Below are positions 11,668-23,557 of a DNA stretch of 64,000 nucleotides, piece by piece (position 1 is the first letter of the stretch; the number at the start of each line of letters is the position of its first letter). Below the pieces are notes generated by a model. That model ran no database searches. It was not told where the DNA came from and was given only the letters and a program-made list of their open reading frames with translations. The stretch covers positions 2,639 to 66,638 of the forward strand of contig JAUCBJ010006460.1 in NCBI GenBank assembly GCA_032718475.1, read 5' to 3'. The stretch comes from Nemertoderma westbladi. Lineage: Eukaryota; Animalia; Xenacoelomorpha. A program made the translations under genes and the position numbers.

Positions 11668-13043
11668 CTAATTCTGTTTTGAGGCAGGAGACAAATTATA
11701 ATCTCCCGTCTCGATACGTGTCTCCTCTAATAACACGATATCTTGGACCGGTCGGTCCAAGGTGTGTAAACCATTAGTTTTACACTTTTTTGGGTGCGGA
11801 CACTTGCACCTAATTTTCACAGTGACTGTGCGCACTATGTTTTGCACGTCTGGGTGTGTGTGCAAGATCACTCCCGTCTCCCAATACTTTCTCTTGACAA
11901 TAGGCTCGGTTATCAATACGTAATCTCCTCTTTGGAGACTCCGAACCGTTTTGTACCACTTTGTTCTGGTGGATATGGTGGGAAGATAATATTCCCGCCA
12001 ATATTCCCAGAATGTGTACGCGACAAATTGAGTCATTTTCCAGCTCTTACGACTATATAGGTCGGCACTAATGGGTTCTGATGCCGGCACAAGAAATGCT
12101 GGACTCTGCATTAGCAAATGATTCGGCGTTAATGCAACACCGTCTGGCAACATAGCTATCGGCCTCGAGTTTAGTGTATGCTCGATTTCGATGAAAGTTG
12201 TAACCAGTTCGTCGTCGGTAAGTTGTTTGTTTACAGGCAATGTTTTGGCAATGGCCTGCTTTACAGAGCGAACTAAACGCTCCCAACTTCCTCCTCTCCA
12301 AGGACTTTCTGGAGTATTAAATCTCCACTCTACTCTTTGCGGCAAAAGTGCTGCAGAAATTTCCTTATTCTGTGCCGCTTTATGAGCCGCGTTCAACTCG
12401 CTATTCCCTCCGACAAAGTTTGTACCCTTATCAGAGTAGAACGCCTTTACTAGTCCTCTCCTGGCCATAAATCTCTTTAAGGCCAGGAGCAGAGATTTGG
12501 TCGACATGTCTGCCACACGCTCGATGTGTATGGCTCTACTAGCCATGCATGTCAGTAGCAGACCCCATCGCTTGTGGGTCAGCCGTCCACTCTTTGCTTC
12601 AATCGGACCAAAACAGTCCACCCCTGTGTTCGTAAAGGGTGGGTCATATGCCTGCACTCTCGCTTCCGGGAGTTCAGCCATCTCCTGTTCCAATACTCTG
12701 GCGTTCACCCTCTTGCAAACCAGACAGGCGTCGTACATAGTGCCTACTGCCCTGCTTGGCTGCAATAGAATGAATCGCTGTCTCGCTGCCGACAAACAGT
12801 GTAACCTTCCAACCCGTGATGCAACCTCTTGTGTATATCCCATAGAATCGCTCTTTGCAATTCTATTGGGTGACTAGGGATTATCACTGGGAACCGAAAC
12901 TGTGAGTTTATGTCGACAGTCTGAATTCTCGATCTATGACAAATCAAACCCTTATGGATTAATGGACTCCATTTTCTAAGGGGTTTATAGAGAACTGGTC
13001 GTTGAGCCGATAATAGATGGAATTCTTTCGGGAAGGCACACAT
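11668..13043 (-). pseudogene. BEL/Pao Pol C-terminus (integrase core and C-terminal domain) of element A
   Basis: CLVC zinc-finger half, PFTNTGVDCFGP, CMASRAIHIE, YSDKGTNFVG, PWRGGSWERLVRSVK, LNSRP, LTPNHLL, FWEYWREYYLP; upstream part frameshifted. Confidence 0.92.
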
Positions 13044-13080
13044 TTTCAGAATCGACAATATTCCTTCTCTGTGTATTATT

Positions 13081-13321
13081 AAGGCGGGGTAGCTCAGTTG
13101 GTTGAGCACCGGGCCTGCAATCTAATGATTGTAGGTTCAGCCCCGCCAGGGTCCACTCAGCCTTTCATCCACTGGGGTCGATAAAATGAGTACCAGTTAA
13201 ATAACTGGGAGCAAATCTTGGGATAGGAGTAGCGCCCACCCCTACCCTCGGGTAGCAGCTATCGAAAGAGGAGCCTTAGGGTCGCCTCCGGCTTCGGCTG
13301 ACTGTTTGCTTTTGCTTTTTT
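13081..13321 (+). mobile_element. tRNA-derived SINE with Nin/Deu-like central domain
   Basis: tRNA-like head GGCGGGGTAGCTCAGTTGGTTGAGC...GGTTCAGCCCC; core CACTCAGCCTTTCATCC...GGTCGATAAAATGAGTACCAG; T-rich tail; TSD TGTGTATTAT (13070-13079 and 13322-13331). Confidence 0.85.
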
Positions 13322-13588
13322 TGTGTATTATCTGGTTGTCGACGACTTCTTTAACTTTATCAAAATCCCCAACTTGATTTTCCGATTTATCCTTAGTTTG
13401 AGTTTCACGTATAATTCTTGTGTATGATGCATAACAATCATCATGGACACACACACCTTTGGCAATTAAATTTACACTTTGTAACTCCAAGAGTAATTTA
13501 GAATCGTTTCGTTGCAAAGCAGCATCTTTTACTCTTTTATCGGCATCAAGAGTTAAAATCCGGTGAGCAGATTTCCATTTACCTTTAA
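13322..13588 (-). pseudogene. Academ-like transposase fragment
   Basis: KGKWK...DSKLLLELQSVNLIAKGVCVHDDCYASY resembles the DLIAxEAxYHxxCY motif; reads in frame from 19757 across the TTAA and continues as IIH|REGILSILK across the SINE. Confidence 0.65.
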
Positions 13589-13763
13589 GGTGGCTCAACA
13601 TGAAAAATTGAAAAAAACTAAAAAAAAAATATTCCTATAGATTTTAACTCTAAATGATAAATATTTGTGTTGGACATGTTTTGGTGGCATCAGGATAATC
13701 ATTTCATGCACCAGAGACCCATATAAGCATGAAATGTTCATTAGCGGTAATGTAAATTTGCGA

Positions 13764-14150
13764 TTTAAACGTCATTTTCTGCCGCTTGCATTTATCGCGT
13801 GCCAGTTTCATTCATGTACCTATTCCTCAAAAACTACTGAAGGAAGATGTATGAAATTTTGGGACCTTGTACAGAATTTCCAGATCTTTCTTAATGGCCT
13901 CAATGACATAAATCCATCAATGTGTTTGGGTTTGCCAATGTTTCAAACTCAAAAAATTATTTTTGACTTTGAGACCGTGGCAAGCACAACCACATTGATG
14001 AATCTATGTCATTGAGGCCATTTAGAAAGAGCTGGAAATTCTGTACAAGGTCCCAAAATTTCATAACTATACCTTCAGTAGTTTTTGGAAAGAGGTGCAT
14101 GAATGACAACTGCACACGACAAATGCAAGCGGCAGAAAAAACATGTTTAA
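13764..14150. repeat. Long imperfect inverted repeat (arms ~190 bp) inside the Kolobok element
   Basis: TTTTCTGCCGCTTGCATTT...GGGACCTTGTACAGAATTTCCAG is mirrored by CTGGAAATTCTGTACAAGGTCCC...AAATGCAAGCGGCAGAAAA; centre ~13958. Confidence 0.9.
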
Positions 14151-14697
14151 AGTTCAGTGAATATGTAAACTTTAATACATTCGATCATACAATTATTTTC
14201 ATTCGATCATACAATTATTTTACAATGTAAAAACACAATTATATTTATAGCAAACAGCAACTATATAACTAAGGAGCATGGAGTATATCAAATACATAAA
14301 GTGGTCTAGAACATTCCACTATCATATGTTTTCGGCCCAGTAGGAAGTTTTCGTTTCCGCCTTTGTCGCCATAGAATTCTAGACTGGCGCTCTAATTTGG
14401 ATATTTTCCGGTCAGCCTGCAGGATTCGCTTTCGGTCAAATGTCTGAAAATCCTTAACCGTTTTCTTTGAACTACTGACAAGTTGGTCTAGGACACCAAC
14501 TCGTCCTTGATAACCGTCATTGAAGCATATAACTGCATCATTTATGCCAATAGAGAGAGCTTGTTTACTAATGAAGACCCTCTTCGGGCATCGGCTCCAA
14601 GCGAGATTATTGAGGCCTTCATTCCGATTTTGTGTCTGACCATGAAGGCATTTAGATAACATTTCCGGTTCTGACAATGCCTTGTAGATAGGTTTAA

Positions 14698-16251
14698 CCC
14701 TATTATACCCGGGGGGGGGTCAATATGACCCCCCCCGTGGTTTTTTTATTATAATTCTGAAACATACGCAGTTGGGAATCTGAAACTTTATGACTTTTCC
14801 TAAAAATCTATTGTCTTCGTGGTAGTGAAAACCGTTTTCAAAAATATTCGGTACTTTTCGAGTTATAGCACCATTTTTAAACCCTACTTTTGGCACTTTT
14901 TTTGAGACGTTTTTTGAAAATTACATTTCATTAAATATGAATTGTAACATCTCTATTTTTGATTTACACCGGTTTTTTGGTCTTAGAAATTGGATGGAAT
15001 TCATATAAATTGATTTAGAAATTTCAAACTTGTTTTTTTCGATGGGTGCCAAATTTTGGTGCCAGCACCAAATTTTGAAATAAGTCAATTTTGTAAATTG
15101 ATTGTTTGAAACTTGTTTTTTACGCAATTGGGGTTTTTTGAGGTTCTGGATTCGATGAAATATATACGAGTTGAACCAAGCGTATCAAACTTGTATTTTT
15201 CGGTGCTGTGTGCTAATTTTGGTGCTAGCACGAAATTTTGAAACTCCATTCAATATATAAAATTGCTTGTGACAATTCATTTCTTGCGTTTTAGAGGTTT
15301 ATGGCTGTTCTGAATTCAATGGAAAATATAATTATCGAACTAGACATCTCAAACTTGTATTTTTCGGATGTGGGTGCAAAATGTGGTGCTAGCACCAAAT
15401 TTTGAAAACCATCAAATATATCAATTGATTGTGTCACCTTGTTTCTTGCGTTATGCGGGTTTGTGATGGTTCTGAATTCAATGGAATCAGTAAAAATTTC
15501 ATAAGAGTTCTCAAACTTGTATTTTTCGCCGGTGGGTGAAAATTGTTGTGCCAGCACCAAATTTTGGAAAATATGCAAATTGATAAGTAGATAGTATCAC
15601 CTTGTTTCTTGCGTTATACGGGTTTATGAGGGTCCTGAATCCGATGGAATCAATAAAAACAGCACTGGACTTCGCAAACTTGTACTTTTTGGTGATGGGT
15701 ACGAAATTTGGTGCTAGCACCAAAATTTGCTAAATTACGCCGAAAAATACAAGTAGCAATGATCTGGCATATTAGAAATGTATTCCATTAGAATCAGCGC
15801 CCTCGAAAACCTGAAAATGTGAATTTATAGCATCGTATAAGTGAATTAAAAATTTTGTGTTCTAACTGAAAAGTGCTGGTTACTTGTTTTTTTCATTTTT
15901 TTCCTACGCAGAGAGGACTAAACAGCCATTTATAGTAATCATATCATTTTTAAATATTTTCCAATGTATTTTGCACCCCAAAAAACCTGTATTGAAAAAT
16001 AATTAGCCGAAAATGTAACTTTCAAATTTTGTGAAAATTGTGCACTACTTGTAATTTTGGTGCTGCAATATAACCACCCCAGTACATTTTTTCGAAAATT
16101 TTTTTTTTTCGATCGGATCCAGACAAGTGATACCTACGTACAAACAAAAAATCAGATGTTTTCGTAAATATTTGTAGATTTTAGAGGGGGGGGGTCAATA
16201 TGACCCCCTCCCGGTATTTGTACAACATTTTATAGCCCGGTACTAATAGGG
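14698..16251 (-). mobile_element. piggyBac-like TTAA MITE, copy 2 (full length)
   Basis: TTAA|CCCTATTA...TAATAGGG|TTAA; removing it restores DAIK|PIYKAL in the transposase. Confidence 0.92.
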
Positions 16252-16544
16252 TTAATGGCATCAGTCACAGCACGTGGTAGTGAGTTTCTGTGTACATAAC
16301 ATTTACCTTATTTCTGTGCCTGTTTAAACTTGCACCATCGATCAGAACATAACTAATGGCTTGGACTCTTGTCGGTAGAGCACGTATGAAAGAAAGATGC
16401 CCATATAGCCTTCTTCATTTCCCGAACAGAGGAGTTGTTTTCCCTTATGGCTCTACCATAATAGAGCTGGAGACTATCAATCTTGTCATCAGTCAGACGA
16501 CCTCTTTCCCCTATCACTTTTTTGTCAGCCAGTTTCTTCCTTAC

Positions 16545-17912
16545 TCTATGGTTCTTTTCGGAGAATCTCATTGATCTCGATTGCTGCAAAGCTATACAAT
16601 AGGATTCTATTAAATCGCATCAGGGATCCCATTGAGAGACTGCTCCGTGGAAGTCAGAATGGGTTCCGTAAAGGTCGTGGGACCATTGTGCCCATTTTGG
16701 CACTTAGAAGGATAATTGAAGAATTATCAAAAAAGAAAGACAGGCATCTGGCTGTTATCTTTGTTGACTTCTTCAAGGCCTTTGATTCAGTCTCTCGGTC
16801 ACGTATGTTCAGCATACTTTCATTATATGGGATTCTTGATGAAATTATTGCAGCAATCAGATCAATATACGATGGTTCGACAACATTTGTGTCTACTGTT
16901 GACGGTGACACAGAACCATTTGAAGTGTTATGGGGCGTCCTCCAAGGAGACACACTTGCACCATTCTTGTTCATTATTGTGGTTGACTATGTTCTACGCA
17001 TGTCCTTAGATCATCATAATGATGATGGGGTGATGATAACTCCACCTACTGGCTCCAGGAAATCCTGCCAAGTACCTAACTGATCTAGACTTTGCTGATG
17101 ACTTAGGAGTACTCTCAGAATCATTAGAGGGAGCCCAACGGCTCCTCAGCTCATTAGAACATGCTGCTTCTAGTGTTGGTCTTTTTATTAACTCCAGAAA
17201 GACCAAAATTCTGACAGTTAACTTTGAAAGTCCTCAGCAAGTCTCTGATCGGATGAGCATAAGCTCAAAGGATGGTATGCTTGAGCATGTGGACGACTTC
17301 TGTTACCTGGGATCATGGATCCGGAAGTCAGGTGAGGACCTTCGAATACGTAAGGGAAAGGCATAGGCAGCCTTGAATAGGCTTTCCAGGATTTGGAAGT
17401 CACCTAGAATTAATCGGAAACTTAAGGTTCGATTATTTAGAGCAGCAGTAGTTCCAGTACTCCTCTATGGGAGTCCATGCTGGGCTCTAACTGCTGAGGA
17501 CACCAAATCTCTGGATGGCACATTCACAAGAATGCTACGCCGGGTTCATTGTGTCAAGTACAATGCACACATCTCCAACCAGACACTATATAACATTGGA
17601 GGTGTCTCATTGGTTCCCCCAAGCTTGACACTAGAACAAAATCGCCTCCGCTTTGCAGGACATTTCTTTCGCCGTGAGGACCAGCCAGTGCATAATCTTG
17701 TACTTTGGCAGCCTCATGGAGTGAATAAGCATGGTGGACAGCCCATGACTTTCTTGAGACGCATCCTAAAGGACACTGGCCTTAAAGATGCGGATGATCT
17801 ACCAAATGTCATGGGTGATAGGGAGTTGTGGCGGTGCAATTTTGTTGACAAGCAGGCACAGCATTCTTAAAAATGCAGCTGCAATGCAGCATGCCGATCC
17901 TAGTAGTACTAG
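16545..17912 (+). mobile_element. 5'-truncated RTE-clade LINE (RT and C-terminus), frameshifted
   Basis: QNGFRKGR, FVDFFKAFDS, GVLQGDTLAPFLF, DLDFADD, YLGS, VLLYGS, RLRFAGH; short TAGTAG tail; near-identical to 62390-63212; boundaries approximate. Confidence 0.9.
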
Positions 17913-19756
17913 TCCTTCCAAGATCCTTCTTCAGGGTACGGAGCCGTGAACCGAGTCTCTTTTGGACATGTCCTACACATTCTAACTTGGTTATCTCTTT
18001 TTCTTTATAAGGTTTTGCCTCTTTTACATTGGAAAAGGTTGATGTATCCCCATCCCCAAGGTAGGCCTACTCAACATATGCAAGGCCTCTGTCATTCATG
18101 GATCTATTATAGATATTGAGAGCCCCAACAACCCCCATTCCTCCACTTGACCCACTGTAATTGCTAGTACATTTGTTTGGTAGAGGGTTATCTTCCCTAG
18201 AACAGGTTCGACAGAACTTCGACAATATTTCAACATCCAATACCTTCCCTGTGTCCATACTTATACAAGAAACAAACCCATTGAGAGTACTGTATCCTCG
18301 CCTTTGCCACGACCCGCCAAAAGATGTACCTGTATCACTACTACCATCATTAGCATCCTTTACTTCACCTGCAGCCCTTTTCATTGACTTCAATGATTCA
18401 ATCTTCACTGCACTTTCAATAGCCGTATTATACGATATTATATTTGATGGTGGAAGAGGTAAGCCCAAAACTGCTGCATATATTTTGGCAGGCTCCAGCC
18501 CAACTCCAACACATCTTCATACGCAAGTTAAGCTCAAACAACCTTGAATGTGAATGGCTATAGTTAGATGAACTAAATGACTCAGGGGCAATTCTATGAG
18601 GTTAGCAATATCTACATCTAAGTTCAAAGGTCTCACAGAATCCACTACTGGTAGGTGAAGGAACAGTGTGGACAGAAATACTATCCTTTCGTTTGCAAGT
18701 TTTGCAAATTGCAGATTTACCTAGTGCTTTATTGAGTATGGACAGATCAATGATATGGAAGGTTGATGGTGGAGTATTATTATCTTTGGGATTGGGTGGA
18801 TCCACATACCTCAGTTTTGATCTGCTAGCACTACTTGTTGGTACAGCTATGATGGGTGCACTTTCATCACTTTGAACATCTATAAAAAGTGGCAATACTC
18901 ATTATAATAAGTAGTACTTGCTTGTAAATATGTAAATAATATAACATATGCTAAAACTGTTACCTAAGCATAACCCGTATGATAGCTTATATTGAGGTTT
19001 GAGGCCATCTATTTTTTTTGGTGTTTTTGGGGTTTTTGTGGTATTTTGGGACAAATTATTATTGTCATATCCAACTACTGGTGGATATGACAATAATAAT
19101 AATAATAAGGCTGTTATCTTAGAAGAAAAAAAGTCATAAATCCACTAATACAGACAAATTATAATGTTATTCACAAACTAACTTGATCAAGAGCAGCCCT
19201 ATTGTACCTTCAATGATTATCAAACCGGACATCTACCTACTTTTACTTACTTACCAACGGGTTTGTCATCCAGCTTCTTCACATGTTGATTACCGAGAAA
19301 TTTATGATGTTTGTATGTGCTTGTACCGCGAGACATTCTCTTGGTATTAGGCGCACCATATACAATTATAAATTAATACACCTACAGCAGCATACCAGCC
19401 GAGCTCAAAGTAACTCAAGCAACCGAAATCCGCAGTGTGCTGCAATAGGCCTACCAGATGTATAAGAAAGACTGTAAATTCAACTTTGAATTTCCCTCTA
19501 CTTTGTAAAGTGTGGAAAATAACATAGATTTGTCTCTTTCGCAACAATATTCTTATGAAGCAAAAAATAGACTTGGCGGTGACTTTTATTAGGGGCGGGT
19601 GTGTTCGGACAACTTTCACAAAAGACGTCATAACTTTTGACAGAGTGACATTCATTGAATATAACTTACATATTCGGAATCTCCATTAAATTGTGGTTTA
19701 GAATCCATGATAAAAAAATATTTGATTTTTATATTTATTTTTCATGTTGAGCCACC

Positions 19757-20205
19757 TTAAAATACCTTCGCCTTTTGTGACAAAAAATGCAAGAATCCGG
19801 GAATAAGTCGCGCGAATACTCCTTATCTCGACGATAACGCTTCGGCCTATCCGAATTCCCTCCCAGCATGATGAAATTCTCGTTATCCTGACTCTTTCTT
19901 TTTGTGCTGATAGAAATAATTTTAGTAAATTTTTTATAGCATGTGTCAGCATGAAGTCCATGCTCTTCAGTACTGTAATTATCAATTGGAATAGACTCAC
20001 ATTGGTCCAAATGGTTATTTTCTGGTACTGCATTATTGATTCTCAAAGTGCGAGCTTGCAAAATTTGTTGGTATTGATGCTGAGTAATTTGTTTTGTAGG
20101 TATGTTGATGTCTTTATAGTGTACAATGCAAACTGGTTTGGATGTCATCATTATAAATAATGTATAGAGTATAGTATACACTTTTCTAAGATTTAGTACA
20201 TCCAT
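19757..20205 (-). pseudogene. N-terminus of the Academ-like transposase
   Basis: CIVHY...QCESIP...HADTCYKKFT...LFPDSCIFCHK; continues in frame at 13588 once the Kolobok element is removed. Confidence 0.62.
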
Positions 20206-20312
20206 ATTCCATAATGTATTTTATATTCAATATACAGTATAAACTGTTCTAAAAATATCAGCTATTTTTTAACAGTTCCGCATTGCACTACATTTTTATA
20301 ACATAAGTCACT

Positions 20313-20529
20313 GTTACCATGGCAACATTGTAGAGTTCTAGAACACAAAATATATAATATACACTATTCTAGAACATAAATAATATAAAAAATATAACGT
20401 TCTAGAATATATAGCTTGTTATTTTTCAAATTTAAAATAGCTACTATAAAGATATACAATTAATATAAAAAAAAATTTTGTTCTAGAACAAAATGTTTAT
20501 ATTAAATTAATAGATAATATGTTCTAGAA
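20313..20529. promoter_or_regulatory. Cluster of one RFX X-box palindrome and five TTCTAGAA dyads upstream of the Academ-like ORF
   Basis: GTTACCATGGCAAC at 20313-20326; TTCTAGAA at 20336, 20367, 20400, 20481 and 20522. Confidence 0.4.
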
Positions 20530-21418
20530 CATTAAAAGTAATAAAAACTAGCTAGTATAACAAATTTGGGGGGGGGGGGTGTGCACAAAACACACTAGTA
20601 CCACCATCCACGGTGGACGGCCTTCACATACGATCGCTGCGAATATAAGTATTAAATAGCTAACATGTTTAAAAACATCGGCGGTACATACTGTAAACTA
20701 CTAACTCTTATTAAAAAAAAAACACAGGGGGCTGCTTTAAAACGACTTGATTGTGCCTGCGTGTTTAGTGTATACAGTCAGTCGCCTAGAAACTACACAA
20801 CGCCAGGTAATACATGTAAGGGAGTGCCGTTCACAGAATAGTTAGTTACCTTAGTAACTGTAGTAAATATTTCCAAATGTCAGAGAGTACACTTTCTCTG
20901 AATATTCTCTGATTATCGTTTCGACTGATTATCGCTAATTGACTAGGAGGATTTAGTACTCATCCAAAATGAGTTGCGTTGGTGAATGCAGAAATAATTA
21001 GCGCAAATTTTGATACAAGTTTGAATGTGTTAAACCAAAGTAGCTACATTTTATGGCAGTTAATGTAAATGTTGGATTCTTAAAAAAAGTGAATGTATTT
21101 TGTTCTCATGTAAATTTATCGCATTTAAAAAATAAAAGTGGCTATATATTTGTATTTAAATTAATCGCCGGTCTTCCCTCTATAAGAAAAATGTTCATTT
21201 GAAAAAAATGATTGCATTTATATTCAACCAGAGGGCCCAACATAGAGTTAGGTAGGGGTCGGCTAGCTAGCTTGTTTTTGGCCTGTAGTTCTAGAATGCA
21301 AATTAGCTATACCGATCACCAACTGTGTTCTGACGTCTAACATGGTCCTCCATCCAAAAATAATAGTCTCGTTAATTTACCGAAGGTATTGCGCTTAACG
21401 CCGCCAGAGCCCGTACTA

Positions 21419-22863
21419 TTTGGCGTATCTCATTTTACTAGGTTTTAGTAATTTTCTGACCAAAACAATACCGTGCGCTAGTTACGAAAATAAGCTAGTC
21501 GCGTTTTGTAGAACTTTATACTTACAAATGACGTCAAAGCTCTCTCCTTCCTATCCACAACTCAACCGGGCAACCACGGTGTTAGTAACTACACCCGTGA
21601 TCGGCACAAATACCAGATTCTGGTTGTAAGATAAGAAATAGGGGTTAATTGCTACTTTACGTTAGCTGATCTGGTATACAAATTTGATTCTAGAACTTTG
21701 TTGCCGCGGTGGTTAGCAGCAATACCTATCAGTACGTGGCAAGGCGCGGTAGGATATTAATAAACCTCCCTAGGCCAAGCGAAGTGCCGGTAGCAGAAAT
21801 ACTCCTTGCCTGATCAAATAACTAAGGTTCAGACAGGGGGGGGGGGGGGGGGGGGGTACTAATGTATGTTCTACAAACCAAACCGGTACCGAACTGTCAA
21901 TATTACGAATCACTAAATTATGGAACATATGCTGTCTGTACCTAATATGTACTCGCGTACTGACGAACGGCAATAGTTCGCACCTGTAAGAGATACAGGT
22001 TAACCCAGGGATTTGTAATACGGAGGTTTTGTCTGAATCTAACTATTTGATCCTAAATTTTGCGGTGTCCCAGGACGGCGTCACGCTTACCCTGATCTAT
22101 AGGTCTTGCGTCGGGCAAGGGCGTCAAACAAAGTCTTACCTTCCTCGGAAATCGGGCGCTGCATGGCAAGGTGGAGTATTTCGAAGGGCGAAGGGGGTGC
22201 GCGGTCTAATCTAATGTGGACATCTTCCCTGCGTTGCTGACGGCCTAACGGTCTAGGCGGCCATCTTCCCAATGCTTAGCTGTCCCAATGGTGGACGTTT
22301 GGAAATATACATGTTCAGAAGTTTACAGTATATTTACAGTTTTACAAGGATTTATCAAACAGATTACTAGATTTATAACAAAAGAAACCAATACTAAGTT
22401 AACAAGAGTTAACATTAGTGAGCAAGTCCAAGACTGATAACTAGAATGATAACCGAAGGCAAACCAGCCCTTATATACTAAACCTGGGACATAGAATCCG
22501 CTAGAACCTTCCAGAGCATTCCATGGCCTCACATTGGAGCAATAAGATGTTCCATGCCCTATGATTGGCCCAACTCATCGTTCCATATGTTGTACGCACC
22601 TCATTGGTTTATCAAATTATATCAAATGAAAATAAATTGCCCAAAAATGCAAATTTCCCGACTGGAATTCGAACTCGTAACCTATCTGTAATGTAACCAA
22701 AGCCTTAACCATCTGACCACTGCGCCATTAGATTACCTACGGGTTTTATGTGTACCAATATGAATAGGCATATTACATTACTGTAATTTAATCAAAATGC
22801 GTCGGATTTTAGAAAGTTTTTACGTTAACTACAAATGCTATTTTATAGTGAAATAATCCATCA
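21419..22863 (-). repeat. 3' LTR of element B (truncated at its distal end)
   Basis: About 98% identical by eye to 30799-32298; starts TGATGG after TGGAGCGG; CCAAT boxes and TATATAA on the minus strand. Confidence 0.85.
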
Positions 22864-23338
22864 CCGCTCCATGAAAACAGTAAGTAAGACTGTTTTCACC
22901 AATCGAAATATAAATGGTAGGGCCTAAAATATAAAAATAATCACTACCTAATTATTGCATACTTAATATTGCAGGTACGGCGTAAATACAATCCATCATA
23001 CATACAAAATACAAATTTACCAATTAACTTTAGTGCATAAAATACAAAAAAAAGCTTTCGGTTATCAAGATAAGCAAATCAGAACAAATCAAAACAAATA
23101 ATTTCAAACTTTCAACAATCTTCATATATTGCAAATATACATAATAAATTCACCAAATTAAATCAGTCCAAATATAAAACAAACATTATGAGCGAATAAC
23201 TTTCAAATAAGTCTTAAAGTGTCCTCCTGACGATCTAAAAGTTCGTCATGCTGGTCTGGATATCTTCTCCTGAGCACTAATTGCTAACGGTAGGCTCGCA
23301 AGCCTTCCTTCTCTATCTCGCTCCTCCAAAACCAACCT

Positions 23339-23515
23339 CCAAATATAAATACCCAAACATAATATCCAAATATAATATCCAAATATAAATACCCAAATAT
23401 AATATCCAAATATAATATCCAAATATAAATACCCAAATATAATATCCAAATATAAATACCCAAATATAATATCCAAATATAAATACCCAAATATAATATC
23501 CAAATACAAATATCC
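23339..23515. repeat. 13/14-bp minisatellite (CCAAATATAAATAC / CCAAATATAATAT) in the 3' UTR of B
   Basis: Tandem array seen directly, flanked by two copies of GGTAGGCTCGCAAGCCTTCC. Confidence 0.9.
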
Positions 23516-23557
23516 AATCGGTAGGCTCGCAAGCCTTCCTTCCTTCATCTCGCTCTC

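Larger units (their letters stand above)
4766..13043 (-). mobile_element. BEL/Pao LTR retrotransposon fragment A (integrase, accessory ORF, partial 3' LTR)
   Basis: BEL-type integrase, then a ~770-bp spacer, the accessory ORF, a 3' UTR and purine-rich TGGAGCGG directly before TGTTACGG; colinear with element D. Confidence 0.88.
14306..18895 (-). pseudogene. Kolobok / Mutator-like DDE transposase, disrupted
   Basis: CKTC...CRYC, GSWQRRGYSTLNG, GKVLDVEILSKFCRTC, NYSGSSGGM, LGDGD, KLECVGHVQKR, GRLTDDKIDSLQLYYGRAIR, KCLHGQTQNRNE; broken by stops, the MITE and the RTE. Confidence 0.85.
13589..19756 (-). mobile_element. Kolobok-type DNA transposon carrying nested MITE and RTE insertions
   Basis: TIR GGTGGCTCAACATGAAAAA at both ends, each flanked by TTAA (13585-13588, 19757-19760); contains the transposase below. 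Confidence 0.85.

Noticed and set aside
13083-13150. Functional tRNA-Cys gene
   Set aside because: Poor anticodon and T arms; followed by a SINE core, tail and TSD.
23246-23548. Hydrophobic YLYLDIIFG-repeat membrane protein
   Set aside because: Translation of the 27-bp minisatellite period.
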